A stretch of 64,000 bases of DNA. Origin: Octopus sinensis. Its lineage: Eukaryota. Positions 12,557 to 26,686 of this stretch are shown here, piece after piece (the first letter of the stretch is position 1; each line of letters begins with the position of its first letter). Position numbers and translations under genes: made by a program. The stretch is taken from assembly GCF_006345805.1 (NCBI RefSeq), contig NC_043004.1:96782001-96846000 (forward strand), in the 5' to 3' direction. The notes below the pieces were generated by a model. The model was not told the DNA's origin and did no database searches. It saw only the letters and a program-made list of their open reading frames with translations.

Positions 12557-13479
12557 AAGCAACACTGAAAGTCAGCAATGAGCTTGTGGAGGTGGAAGAA
12601 GTAGCAAAAGATATAAGCTGGTATGAAAAATTGATCACGAGTAGCTGGACTTGCTGTAACTGCTGTGAACAAGGATGTTGAATGGCAGCAAGACAAAAGT
12701 CCTAAAGGGTAGCGGTTGAAATAAAATGGTGGTGATGAAAATGTCTGCTGGCATCATGGTGATGAGATACTGGAATCCAAGATGGTGATGAAAAGAAACT
12801 GGACAAGCATTCGTCAAATTCGAATTGGCTTGAATGGATGTGATACTCTGTGAAGGTGACTTGTGAAAATCCTGAGAGTGGTGGTGGTGGCCATGACAGG
12901 TTATCGAGTTGAATGTTAAGGTACAGTAGAGAGATGTTTCCTCAAGACGCTTCATAAAATTTAAACTTCTTATAATCTCTGACATCGGAGCTGAAAAAGA
13001 GTGACTGAAAAATGTGTGATTGAAAAAATTGAGGTTCTCCAACTCTTCGGCCATTAGAGAAATGGGAGGTGGAGGGCTAATGCAGTCTTACACCTCACCT
13101 TTAAAGATGCACTTTTTTGAAAAAATTTCTTCGGATTCCTAGGTTTTAGATTTCAGAGATTAAAAATACACAAAAGAAAATGTTTCAAAATTTATCTTCC
13201 ACATAGAATGATAAATTGGAATTTATTTATTACTTGTAACAGTAAATCACGATGGTCGGTCACGAGTTTTAATGAGATAGTTGGTTGAAGAATTAAGTTG
13301 GTTTGAGTTCCAATAAATATGTGTATATAGATAAAGGAAGATCAACAAAAGCAGGCAAGATTAAACGCGATGATTCATTTGACCCATTAAAGAGCATTAA
13401 CATGGCGAAATTGTTGAATACATTTTTAATAATACTGTCAGAAAATATACATATTGGTTTCTCATACAGTTGGTACTTG
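12557..13479. repeat. Unidentified ~0.93 kb segment, copy 1 (copy 2 at 16892-17841)
   Basis: Collinear by eye from AAGCAACACTGAAAGTC to ATATTGGTTTCTCAT.CAGTT. Confidence 0.9.
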
Positions 13480-14087
13480 ACGAGGTGTGCTTGAATAGAA
13501 CAAGTAAACAAATACATGACATGACTTCTGCTGGAAAATAGGAAAGGATGCAATACTTCAAGGCTACCTGAGGCTACCTGCAAAATAAACTCCTCTTGAC
13601 AGTGCTTCCCACCACACTGAAAAAAAGTGGGAGTGAAGCCTCTTTTTAATGCTGATGGTAGGCTTAGGTGAACAAACCTCATTTGCCTGCACTAGTCTGG
13701 TCTGTCATGTGATGTGATGAGAACCCATGTAAAGCTAGAAGGACTCGACCATCACATGACTAGATCATGTAACCACTTTTAGAAAACATAGCATGTGAGC
13801 CAATATTTGGGTATTTAAGGGTAGAGAGGCAGTCTGTGAACATATAGTTACTACAATTACATGATGAAGACTCTGAAATGCTCGTAATCCTATGGATATC
13901 AAGTGGTTAAATAAATGAACTCACTTTTTATACTTCTTCATATAAGACAAACCTTTAAAGACATTGTCAACAACATTATTATATGAGAATAATAAATTTG
14001 TACTCCACAAAAGTCAAGTGTAATCCATTAGAATAATGTAAAATTGATTTTATTATGACTGAACATCGAAGTAAACATTAATTTACT

Positions 14088-14296
<209 letters not shown>

Positions 14297-14585
14297 GTAT
14301 ATGGTGGCTATTTTGGTGGATGACAAGTGTGTCATTTTCCTTGATTTTCTAGAACATAGCTGCACCATGGATAGCAAGCAGTAGATTGAGATACTCTAAT
14401 ATCTTACTGAAGTCATTTTGAAGAAGTCATGCCTACTTTTAAAGTACTCTTCATAGAATACTTACACAGACATTTGTACACATACACACACACACACACA
14501 CATCTATAGAAATGGCTTTGCCACTGTGTTGTAGCTTTCACTTTTTTGTATTAAGGAGTTTTAATATTTTTGTATATGTACAGAG

Positions 14586-14992
14586 TGCAGGAGCGGCTGT
14601 GTGGTAAGTAGCATATTTACCAACCACATGGCTCCGGATTCAATCCCATTGCGTGGCATCTTGGGCAAGTGCCTTCTACTATAGCCTCAGGCTGACCAAA
14701 GCCTCGTGAGTGGATTTGGTAGATGGAAACTGAAAGAAACCCGTAGTATATATGTATATATATAAATATATGTGTGTGTGTATGTTTGTGTGTCTGTGTT
14801 TGTCCCTCTAGCATTGCTTGACAACCGATGCTGGTGTGTTTATGTCCCCGTCACTTAGCGGTTCGGCAAAAGAGACCGATAGAATAAGTACTGGGCTTAC
14901 AAAGAATAAGTCCCGGGGTCGATTTGCTCGACTAAAAGCGGTGCTCCAGCATGGCCGCAGCCAAAATGACTGAAACAAGTAAAAGAGTAAAG
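14586..14992 (+). mobile_element. SINE family A copy
   Basis: Full-length match. Confidence 0.85.
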
Positions 14993-15249
14993 AGAGAGAG
15001 TACAGCTTGTTTTTAAAAAACAGTTATAAATTTCCTGATGATGATGATGATCCTCATCATCATCCTCATCCCACCCCACCACCACCATCATCATCATCAT
15101 CATCATTGTCATCCTCATCCCACCCCACCACCACCATCACAACCACCATCACCACCACCACCACCATCACAACCACCACCACCACCATCATCATCATCAT
15201 TGTCATCATCATTTTTGCTAGAACCTCATTGTTTCAACTTTAGGATATG

Positions 15250-16515
15250 AAGTGTGCAACTGCTTCATTGTTCTGGAAGGCAGCTGCTGTGATGATGCTT
15301 GGATGCTTGGTTTTGACCACTTTTTTTTTATATATTTTAATTGTTTGATTTAATTGTCATTAACCATAGGTATATTTCATTTGCAATGTGTTTGTGCATT
15401 CACATGTTTGTGTAATGTGCATTGCTCCGTGCATTATATGTGGTGTGCTATGAGTAATGCTTCTCTTGTTAATGGTCTGTTTTTGTGGGAAATTAAAGTA
15501 TGAACACGTTGTTCCTTCCCTAACATCTTCCTGTCCTGTTCTGTTTTATGTCGTACACCATAGTGTGTTACAGTTGGTCTGTGGTGTTGCTACATGGTGA
15601 GCCAACATGAGCATGTTGTACTTGTATGACTAATGGCACAGTAGGATTCATTAGGTTTCCACTTTCATGTTTTCAATCAAATTTATAAATTACATTGGTC
15701 ATCTGTAGTTTGCGCTCGATGCTTGGGGTTTGTTGTTGATAAGGAAGGCTTTGATTTTAGTGTTTTCCTGTATATTATCGTTGCTATGTTTTTTACTTTG
15801 AGTGTTGCATTTTGAGTTCTGTTTTATGAGGTTTTTAATGATATTGTCATATGTTCTATAGACAGTATGCATTTTTATTGATATAGTACTATTTATATAT
15901 TTGTGTGCTTTTAATATGTGTAATATTTGATGGTGCAATGTAATTCTTTTGTTGCTTCATCTATTAGTCAGTAATTGTATATTTCTGTTTGTTTTATTTT
16001 GTGAATTACTTGATTCAGTGTTGTGTATGTGGATGAGAATCTATAGTCTCTTTTGAAAAGAGGTATTATCGCTGACATTTTGTGACTGTGAGGACATTCA
16101 CTGTTTCCATGCAGATATATTATTTTGAACTTTACTGTATACAGACGCAATAAGCCTATTCTTTTTATCTGGATTTTTATATCTGAAACTGGATTCATAT
16201 CTTTATAATGTTTATTATTTTGGATGTTAACTTTTTGCATTGAGTTGTTTTTCAAGTCTTTCTTTTCTTCAACTTCTCAATGTCTTATGATATATACATC
16301 TCAACAAATATATTATCGACATTTCTGGTATACACCATATATTAAGTACCACTCTATTCTCTGTTATCACTTGGTTGAATGCTATAAACATTGACTCAAA
16401 GCACGAACCCATATTTACTCCATCTCTTCTTTATAAATTGCCTTATGAAGAATAGAAAGGTACTTTTACTGTACATATGACTAACAGCTTCTTCAGAAAG
16501 TTGATTGGTTTGGCA
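15250..16515 (-). mobile_element. Decayed Penelope-like retroelement RT region
   Basis: Minus translation with frameshifts: RDGVNMGS (cf QxDGVAMGS), YTRNVDNIF (cf YxRYVDDIF), DIEKLK, LHGNSECP...IHKIKQT, MHTVYRTYDNIIKNLIKQN; the lower boundary is uncertain. Confidence 0.65.
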
Positions 16516-16535
16516 GATGGCATATTTTTAGGTTG

Positions 16536-16576
<41 letters not shown>

Positions 16577-16891
16577 GTTTAACATCCGTTTTCCGCGCTA
16601 GCACGAGTTGGATGGTTCGACCGGGGTCTATATGTATTATCTGTCATAATTTCTGTTGAGTAAATATATTTCACTTTCAGTTTTGAATTGTTGCTTATGA
16701 TGCCTAATATCATGTTATATTGAAAATATTAGCAATTAATTCAGTCTTAATTTGATTCATGTGTTATTGTACATGGTAAACATTGAACAAAGACAAGAGA
16801 CTTGGCTATGCTGGACATCGGAGGATCAATTACATAATAATTATATCGGGTCATCCTATAAATAATGTGGTTTTTTTCATTTTTCAAAATT

Positions 16892-17841
16892 AAGCAACAC
16901 TGAAAGTCGGCAATGAGCTTGTGGAGGTGGAAGAAGTAGTAAAAGATACAAGCTGGTATGAAAAATTGATCACGAGTAGCTGGACTTGCTGTAACTGCTG
17001 TGAACAAGGATGTTGAATGGCAGCAAGACAAAAGTCCTAAAGGGTAGTGGTTGAAATAAAATGGTGGTAAGTGATGAAAATGTCTGCTGGCTTCATGGTG
17101 ATGAGATACTGGAATCCAAGATGGTGATGAAAAGAAACTGGACAAGCTTTCTTCAAATTCGAATTGGCTTGAATGGATGTGATACTCAGTGAAGGTGACT
17201 TGTGAAGATCCCGAGAGTGGTGGAGGTGGTGGCCATGACAGGTTATCGAGTTGAATGTGGATGTGGTGTTAAGGTACAGTAGAGAGATGTTTCCTCAAGA
17301 CGCTTCATAAAATTTAAACTCCTTATAATCTCTGATATCGGAGCTGAAAAAGAGTAACTGAAAAATGTGGGATAAAAACTGCTTTGTGAATGAAAATATT
17401 TAAGTTCTCCAAATCTTCAGCTATTAGAAATGGGAGGTGGGGTAGCTAATACAGTTTCACACCTCATCTTGAAAAATGCATTTAAAAAAGAATTTCTTCA
17501 GATTCCTATGTTTTAAATGTTGGAGATTACGAATATGCAAAAGAAAATGTTTCAAAATTTATCTTCTGCATAGAATGATAAACTGGAATTTCTTTGTTAC
17601 TTGCCACAGGAAATAACGTTGGTGAGTCACAAGTTTTAAAGAGATGGTTGGTTGAAGAAGTAAGATGGTTTGAGTTCCAATAAATTTGTAGATAAAAGAA
17701 AATCAAGAAAACCAGGCAGCATTAAATGTGGCTATACATTCGACCCATCAAAGAGCATCAACACAGCGAAATTGTTGGATACATTTTGAATGATACTATC
17801 AGAAAATATACATATTGGTTTCTCATGCAGTTCGTACCTTG
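16892..17841. repeat. Unidentified ~0.95 kb segment, copy 2
   Basis: Collinear with 12557-13479; ends at the mariner junction. Confidence 0.9.
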
Positions 17842-17844
17842 TAA

Positions 17845-19009
17845 GGAAGGTAGACTTGTAAGGCTCCTCTTCCAAAATTCACTTGTCTGTGATGAAAAAT
17901 ATTCTTCCACAACTGTTCTGACCTCATCAACAAAATTCATATGTTTTACATCCAAATGATTTTGAAGACTGCAGAATAAATGATAATCAGATGGGGCAAT
18001 GTCTGCTGAATATGTTGAGGGGGGGGGGGCATCATTTCTCATTAAAACTGCTCCAGCCTTTGGAATATCATCCTCACTGTATGAGGCTGAGCATTATTCT
18101 GATGGAAGAACACCTTTCATTTTGAAACCAAAGACGGTCATTTTTCTTCTAGCGTTGACTTAAGCTGCTCAAGTTGCTTACAGTAGATCTCCTTCATCAT
18201 CATTTGGTTTTGGTTTAAAAGTTCAAAGTGGACTAAATCTTTCATATCCCACTAAACAGATAACAACACCTTACGTGGGTGAAGACCTTCTTTATCTTGG
18301 GGTACCAGTGTTTCTCCTTTCCCTACCCACTGATTTTGGCTCTTGACATTTCTATAGAGAACCCACTGCTCGTCACCAGTCACTATTCGGACCAAAAAAG
18401 GTTCATTCATGAAATGTGACAGCTAAGAAGAGCACACATTCACTCTCTGCACCCAATTAGACTCAGAAAGTTCGTAGGAACCCATTGACACAATTTGCTG
18501 ACTTTTGCGATGGCATGCAGGTGTTGATAAATGGTTGAATGACCAAATCCAAGTTTCTCTGCTAGTTCCTCAACAATTACGATGGGATTTTGTTCCACCA
18601 GGGTTTGCAGGACGTTCTCGTCAAGCTCTACAGATCTTCCAGATCAAGGCTCATCATCTAGACTGTAGTTTCTGAATTGGAATTTCTGGAAGCACCATTG
18701 ACACTGGCTTATGCTTATTGTCCAATCCCCATATACTGCATTAATATTCCTCACATTTCCATTGTGTTGTTGACTTTATTGAACTCATAAAGCAAAATAT
18801 GCCAAATATATTCCTTTGCCACTTCCATTATAGCATAGAAAAAATAGCTGTTAAAATTGAACTGTACTCTTCAAAACTTGCACTAAGAATAAGGACAAGG
18901 TAAAATTACTACCTGCTTTTATAGCAAATTGATGCAGGTAGTTTATCCCTCTCTGACTTTTAGTTTATGCAATTGAAAATAATGGCATTATTTATGGGAT
19001 GACCCAATA
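17845..19009 (-). mobile_element. Mariner transposon relic, transposase pseudogene, 3' end missing
   Basis: Start MEVAKEYIWHILLYEFNK at 18828; WVP, IVTGDEQWV, HQNNAQPH, YSADIAPSDYHLFCSLQNHL motifs; terminus TATTGGGTCATCCCATAAATAATG ending at 19009. Confidence 0.92.
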
Positions 19010-20593
19010 TATATAAACGATCCTATTCTGCTATGCTAAGTAACGTTCTAAACTATCTAATTTTCTTGTAGAGATATAAATTGTTCAATAGAAATAAAAA
19101 TATCAGAAATAAATAGATTTAATAATATAATTTTAAAAAGAGCAAGAGAAAGTGAGAAAAAGAGAGAAAGAGAGAGAGAGTGAGTGAGTGAAAGAGGGTG
19201 TATGTTTCCAGACACTACGTAGGGTAACTGTGATGCAGTAGCCACCAGGTAAATGATAAATATGTAGCTTTGGTTTGGATCTAGCTCATTTTCCTTCTTT
19301 TGTTTCCAATTGGGTGTTAATAATATCTAACACCAATTTCTCAGGACAGCTTGATTCTTGATTGAAAACTAGCTAACTTGAGGAATGCAAAAACATAGCC
19401 AAATACCATAAGAAAATATGAACTCACAAGTTATCTATTTGGTGCCAGGCCTTCATGTAATTTGACCTTTCCTTGAGTGAGAAAATATTTCATCCATCCC
19501 ACTTGTCCATCCACTATTCTTTGGGGAGTTGTGGAAATAGAGTCCTCAGGCATTGCCTCCATAGGGTTCTACCAGAAGCCACCATCTTTCCGATTGGATT
19601 CCCAAGCATCATCAACTGAGACTATGGATATTATTCCACCATCTCATTCTTGATCTACCCCTAGGTCTCATACAAGTTAGTTTGGCTTACAGAATCTATC
19701 TTGTGATTCTTTCCTACAACATGCTATTCGCACGTTCATAGTACTGTTGGTAAATTCCATTCAATTTGGCTTGAGGTAAACTATGAACCATGTTGATTGG
19801 AATCATCATTTACTCTTTCTATGTCTTTCTTGTATTTGTTCTTGTTCTAATATTTACAATTTAAAACAACTGTATTCCATAGAAGTATAACTCAAAATTA
19901 CTTTATTTGTTTCTATCATCTTTGTTGTATGTAACATTGAGCTCATAAATAAAGCAAGTGTTTTGAAGCTTGTTGTCTGCAAAGTTCTAGGGATGAGAGG
20001 ATTAGACAATGGGAAGAAGTAATGGCTTGACCTGGAGTGACTCCCTGATCTCTGAGCTGCTCACCATTGCTTCAGAAACCTTTTGGAGGGACCCCGTTTT
20101 GGCTGCTTATGCTTATGATTAAAATTATTACCTTTAATCAGTTCAATTTATGATAACTCATTAACACTTGGACATTTCTGTACTATTATTATTTTGAGGA
20201 GAAGTATCACTACTCGCAGGCATTTAAAACATTTTTAGCACACAAAACAGAGATAACTCTGCAGTTTTATGCATAAAATGTTTGCTTTGAATTGTTGAGG
20301 ATTTATGGTTGCAGAAAAAATGCAGATAGGGAAGGAAATTAAAGAATTGTAGCAAAATTGTTCAAAATACCCAGCAAAGGGTCTGGCAGGAAATGAGAAG
20401 CAGTAGAAATGAAGTAAAGAAGAAAGGTGGGTACATGAAGTGGGTATCAGAAGGGTAGGAGCACTATCTCACCTATCTTACCCAACATAAAAATATTCTC
20501 TACATATCCTCAGAATACATAAAGAATTTAGTATGGTAAGTTGTTTGGGGTTTTTATCTTATTTATCTATATTTTATTACTTGTTTATCATTA

Positions 20594-20631
<38 letters not shown>

Positions 20632-20778
20632 TGCAGAGAAATAATGTATACAATATTATTCTTCCATGAATATTGCTACAATCCGAAGCCTTTCAATATA
20701 ATGTATAGGTAACATTATATTAAGAAATCATAGACACAGCTTTTGGCAATATATACACTCCGGCTGACACACCTTCAA

Positions 20779-23201
20779 ATGATTTATAGAAATTCTATCT
20801 CAGTGCTTTGAGATCATTTGCAATTTTCTTGTTAGCGATTCTGTGCATTTCTATATTGAGTCATGCTGTATCCCTGGTTGAATCTGTTCGGAGAAAAATT
20901 GTCCATTCAATCATAGAGTGATGTATTGCAAGAGGCATTTGTCTTGTCACTAATATATAATGGTTATGAAGTATCTATCTTTTGCACTCTTCTTTCTCTC
21001 TTTCTCCGTCTCTTACAACAGATATATTCTATTAAGTATGTGTTTTTATGGGAAATTATTAGTTTTTCTGTGAGCTGTCCTGAAGCTGAAGTCAACTTGG
21101 CGAGACTGACTACCATGTTTTGGGGAATTCTTCTATTGGTGTGAGTAGTTTATTTTATGGGAATGACAGCAGTGTGTATGATTTAATTGGTGAAGTAAGA
21201 TGACTTAGGAGACTTAGGGTGCCAAGTTCAGGCCCTATGTAACATACTGACATGACGTTTCATGTCATTTGATAATGACAACGTATTAAATCCTTATTGA
21301 TGATGTTATGTTCTTCAATAGACACACTGACTATATGAATAATGTATTAGATTCTCAATTCATGGGCTCTATGTTCATATTCTCCTTTTAGCATTCATTC
21401 GTTTCATGTGATTTAATCAAAATCACTGTTTAGATAGTAAAATGCCTGAGGTAGGAGTGAGTCTAGTGCTTGTGGAGAATTAATAATTGAAGGTAGTCAG
21501 AATAAAATCTTCCAACAAAATCTTCAATCTTGACTCGGAGAAGAGTTTGGACATTAATTGTAGTAGATAAAAGTAGATGAAAATCATGTCCCAACATTTC
21601 TTTTTCATGCATATGAGAAGATAACATTTTATGCAACATATGTTATTGAATCAAAGCTCTATTGAATCACTGAAGATGAGGGCAATGAAAATTCTTTGTG
21701 CACTTGGTTTGTAAAAGCATACATTCATCCTACCAACATGATTCCAAATGTAGCTTCTGGACAGTTGTATTCTATTATTAACTGTTAAATGCAAAATATT
21801 CTTATTCAATTTAGATCTCTTAACATCGAGTACAGAGAGAATGTATACAGGTGTGAAAGTACCCATTTTGATATACATACATCTTTTGTACCATAGTGGC
21901 ACTGAATTCTGAAAGGATGCAACTCATTTGCATTTATTTATACAGAGTTACTCATTTTTGCCTGCTGAGTGGACTGGAGCAATGTGAAATGGAATGTTTT
22001 GCTCAAGAACACAACGCGTCACCCGGTCCAGAAATCAAAACCACAATCTTACGATCATGGTGCTGACACCCTAACCACTAAGCCACGTTCCTCCACTTAT
22101 TGCAGTCAAACACTTTTAATAATTTTTTTTTTGCTGGCCTTTAAACTATTTCAGTAAAAGAGTATGAATAATCCGAACAATTATCTTGTAATTGGAAATA
22201 TATAAAAGCTCAGAGTTCATTAGTTTGTCTAGACATTTGTATCGTTCATTTCTCCATTACTGAAATTCCAGGAATTAAAAGTACAAAATGAAACCATTTT
22301 GAATGCATTCACAGATTTAATGTCACTATCTTTAAAAAGCAAATGCCATTAAGTATTTGCTGTTGCACCTCTTGTAAAAAGTTAAACGTTTTGGATCATT
22401 TCATGATTATTTAAATTTGATGTCGCTTCATCAAACTGTTTATCCATATTTAAAATTAACTTCTAATTTAGATTTAAAGCTATGACTTCAACAAATTATT
22501 GGTATTTTGGAAAGGAATTGTCTTGAAAATTGAAAATTGATTGCTTTATAAATGCTGAATTTTTGTTAGTAGAATTATTTTCCCCGCTAGATATGTTATC
22601 TCAGAAATGTAAAACAGTTAGAAGTATTCAATAATTTATTTACACTCATGCTTAATGTTTTCCATTTAAAGTCCATGAGATTAACTTCAAACAAAAAACA
22701 TGTATTCATGTAATAATTTAATAGAGCCCAAACAAAACTTATACAGAGGTCGTAAGCAAACACGTACAAGATAATGTCATTATAACTTTAAAATATTGGT
22801 GAATTTAATCGCCAAAAGAAATTTTGTTCATATGGAAATTTTAATTTAGTTTACAAATAAGACAAAAATATTGAAAATATCTAGAGCTGAAGTTATATTT
22901 TTCTCAAGTTCTTTAACAGTGAGTTTCAATATCTCCATTTCATTTTGTGAGAACAGTGAATAAGTTTCAGAAATGATATTTATATTAAATCTTCAATCGA
23001 AAGACATTTAAATCATTGCTGATAACAAATAACTGGCATACTTGAGATATAAGAACTTATTGCTTTCCAGGATAGAAAAATCCTTTCAATACATAGTTGA
23101 AAAGATAATCGTTGGTTAGGTCATGGTTAAGAATGTCTTTAAAATCTTTACTCGTAGACATTGAAAATTTCAAAGATTTTTGCATCTTGTTACCAACAAA
23201 G
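20779..23201 (+). pseudogene. Possible highly decayed leucine-rich-repeat (Toll-like ectodomain) gene
   Basis: Frameshifted fragments only: hydrophobic signal-like FAIFLLAILCISILSHAVS, NCPFNHRVMYC, KSLDIN, LNQSSIESLKM, LMSLSLK-NAIKYL, KLNVLD, SLLITNN, KDNRWLG; many stops. Confidence 0.3.
21905..22095 (-). mobile_element. tRNA-derived SINE head (same family as 60089)
   Basis: Reverse complement of GGAGG..CGTGGCTTAGTGGTTAGGG...GTGTTCTTGAGCAAAACA. Confidence 0.8.
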
Positions 23202-23414
23202 GTGAGTAGTTATATAATTTTATGATAAAATATTCTAAGTTCATCCTGAAATTTCCAAAGCAAATTTTACTGCATTGTGTAAAATGTGTCCATAACAACT
23301 GACTGAAACAACATGTTCATTTATAGAAAATATTTTATTATAGAATCAGTGTTGTTTTCTAAAATTGAAATTTGCATAATCCACATTAAATGAAATACCT
23401 TTTCTTAATTAATT

Positions 23415-23815
23415 TATCTTTTATCTTTTATCTTTCACCTTTTTGAGTCAATGGACTACGGCCATGCTGGAGCACTGCTTTAAAGAAGTTCTAGTTGAAT
23501 AAATCAGCTCCAGTACTTAATTTTGTTAAGATTGGTACTTATTCTATCAATCTCTTTTGCCAAACTACTAAGTTGTGGGGACATAAACACACCAACGCTG
23601 GTTCTCAAGTGATGGTGGGGGACAGACACAGACAAAAAGCACGCACACACATGCACATGATGGGCTTCTTTCAGTTTCCATCTACCAGATTCACTCACAA
23701 GTCTTTGATCAACACAAGGCTATAGTAGAAGGCACTTGAGCATGGTTCCGTGCAGTGGGGTGAACCAAAGCCACGTAATCAGGAAGCAAGTTGCTAACCA
23801 CACAGCCACACCTAC
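23415..23815 (-). mobile_element. Diverged SINE family A copy
   Basis: GCCATGCTGGAGCAC...CACACAGCCAC. Confidence 0.75.
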
Positions 23816-24451
23816 TTGTAATCTGCAGTGTTTCCATGATACTTTCTATAGACAGCAAATTATCAGACTCATTAAAGCATTAAAAAGAGAAAAATTGTCT
23901 CACGGTATTCATATTAGCTCTCTTTGTGCTTTCAATTCAAATTCTGCAAAGATCAACTTTTCATTTCACCCTTCTGAAGTCAATAAAATTAAGACATTTT
24001 AGGCTATATGTGATTGCTGCTGTGGAATAGCACAGAACAGTATATCATGTTTAAATACTTCATACCAAGGTGACACTGTGTGCATGTATGTATATGTGTA
24101 TACATATACACAGGCCACAACAGGATTTGGATCCTAAAACTGATGTGCCATGTAAGAAACACCCAGTATACTCAGTGGAGTGGTTGGCATTAGGAAGGGC
24201 ATTCAGTCATAGAAACCAAACCAAAACAGATTATGGAAGCAGGTGCAGTCCATGACCTTGTTCCTGTCATGCCATCCAACCCATGCATGGTAAATGGAAG
24301 TTCAATGATGATGATGTTGATGATGATATATCCCATAATATGCTGCATGTTTTGGTAATTTCAAGTCTAGCAGAATCCAACACATTCCTGGTCAGAAAAT
24401 TAATCCCAGTACGAGACTGGCAATTCATTTATTGACACAAAATGATGAATG

Positions 24452-25110
24452 GCAAGACAGAGGTCTGCATTGGGTTGGTCATGTGCTGCGTATAAATGAG
24501 GACAGCTGTGTGAAGAAGTGTTGCACTCTAACAGCGGAAGGAACCTGCGGAAGAGTTAGACCCAGGAATATATGGGATGAGGTGGTGAAACACGACCTTT
24601 GAACGTTAGGCCTCACAGAGGCAATGACAAGTGACTGAGAACTTGGTGATAAGCTGTGATTGAGAAGTAAAGTGAGATCACTGCCGTGGCTGATACCAGT
24701 GTTGTATAACCAACCCATGTAAAAGTAGCCTTGAATCATCGGGTGATACATTGTGCTTGAGAAAACCTGTTCAATCAATTGAAATTGTAGTCTTGGCCGA
24801 TGCCAGTGCTGCCTGAATGGCTCCCTGTGCCAGTGGAACATAAAAGGCACCAGCTGAACGTGGTTGATGCCAGTAACCACAGTCTGGCTCCTGTGCCAGT
24901 AGCACATAAAAAGCACCCAGTACGCTCTCAGAGTGTTTGGCATTAGGAAGGGCATCCAGCTGTAGAAACCTTGCCAGATCAGACTGGAGCCTTGTTCAAC
25001 CTACTGGCTTGTTATTCCTTAGTCAAACCATCCAAGCCATACCAGCATAGAAAATGGACGTTAAACGATGATGGGGATGATGATGATGATGATGATGCTG
25101 ATAATGATGT
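24452..25110 (+). mobile_element. RTE LINE 3' end with ORF C-terminus, 3' UTR and (GAT)n tail
   Basis: LHWVGHVLRINEDSCVKKCCTLTAEGTCGRVRPRNIWDEVVKHDL (RTE RLRWxGHVxR...GRPRxxW motif). Confidence 0.88.
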
Positions 25111-25233
25111 GTGTGTGGGTGTCTCACTCTGAATATATATGTGAATGAGAAATATGTCGAGAATGTTGTAGCTCAGGTCCAGCCTAAACAACTTCTGATG
25201 AATATTGGTAAAAGAAAAACTTTATATATATAT

Positions 25234-25375
25234 ATGGCTGCACCAGGCTCCAGTCTTGACTCTCCCAGATCAAGACTGGACTTGGTGCAGCCATCTGGTT
25301 CGCCAGCCCAAGTCAAACCGTCCAAAACCATGCTAGCATGGAAAGCGGACGTTAAATGACGATGATGATGATGAT
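25234..25375 (+). mobile_element. Short RTE tail with 5' fold-back
   Basis: Inverted arms 25234-25259 and 25270-25294, then the standard tail. Confidence 0.75.
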
Positions 25376-25832
25376 GTGTGTGTGTGTTATGATTGTGTGG
25401 AAACTGTGGAAGACCTTCATGTGTGTGTGTTTGTTTCCCCACATCTTGACAACCAGTATCAGCTTTTTTTGTGTTCCTGTAACTTAGAAGTTCAACAAAT
25501 GAGACCATTAGAATAAATACCAAACTTCAAAAATAATTGGGAGCCATTTCTTTGACTGAACTCTTCAAGGCAGTGTTCCAGCATGGCCACAGTCCAGTGA
25601 TTGGACTGAAACTTGTAAAAGGTAAAAGGATGGAGATAAAGTAAGCAAAATGCTAGTTTGGGTGCTTGTCATACTGTTTAAAACACCCAGAGTCCAAGTG
25701 GTGGTGATATGCTGGGCAACAGATTCAGTCTCTACATTCAAGAACAGAAAGCATACTTTCAACAGAGATTCAACAATTTTTCTGTGAAGCAAATTTCACG
25801 TACATAGCTTTGATTGATTTGAAGAGATATTT

Positions 25833-26448
25833 GAAGAGAAGACCTGGCAAGCTCAAGTGAGACCATAACCTTGTGACCTATGCCAGGGGTGTAACTAGCC
25901 CACTTATCCGTACCATTCCTTCATTGGACACTAAATCTGCTTGCGAAGACCTGTTGAGGCAAGTGAAATCGAAATTGAAATCGAAATCAAATTTGATGAC
26001 TGGAATCCGTGCTAGTGGAGCGCTAAGAGTACCATACAAGCGTGATCATCGCCAGAGCATCAAAGCTGTCCTCCGTGCTGGTGGTATGTAAAAAACATGA
26101 TTTGAGCGTGATCATTACCTGCGTTGCCTTACTGACACTTGTGCTGGTGACACGTGAAAACACATTCGAGTGAGGTCGTTGCCAGTGCTGCTGGGCTGGC
26201 TCCTGTGCAGGTGGCACCTAAAAAAAGCACCATCGGAGCATGGCCATTGCCAGTACTGCATGACTGGCCCTCATGCCGGTGGCACGTAAAATCACCCACT
26301 AGATTCTCGGAGTGGTTGGCATTAGGAAGGGTATCCAGCTGTAGAAATTCTGCCAGATCAGATTGGAGTCTGGTGCAACCATCTGGTTTGCCAGTTCTCA
26401 GTCTAATCGTCCATTGCATGTTAGCATGGAAAGTGGATGCTAAACGAT
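25833..26448 (+). mobile_element. RTE 3' UTR copy
   Basis: Begins GAGAAGACCTGGCAAG; GTGC.GGTGGCAC units; tail ending TAAACGAT. Confidence 0.8.
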
Positions 26449-26455
26449 AATTTAC

Positions 26456-26686
26456 GGCGGCGAGCTGGCAGAATCGTTAGCTCACTGGGCGAAATGCGTA
26501 GGCGTATTTCGTCTGCTGCTACGTTCCGAGTTCAAATTCCGCCGAGGTCGACTTTGCCTTTCATCCTTTTGGAGTCAATAAATTAAGTACCAGTTACGCA
26601 CTGGGGTTGATATAATCGACTTAATCCGTTTGTCTGTCCTTGGTTGTCCTCTCTCTGTTTAGCCCCTTGTGGGTAGTAAAGAAATA
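26456..26686 (+). mobile_element. SINE family B copy
   Basis: GGCGGCGAGCTGGCAGAATCGTTAG...GTTCAAATTCC...TAGTAAAGAAATA. Confidence 0.88.

Noticed and set aside
15007-15250. Pro/His/Thr-rich ORFs
   Set aside because: (CAT)n/(CAC)n low-complexity tract
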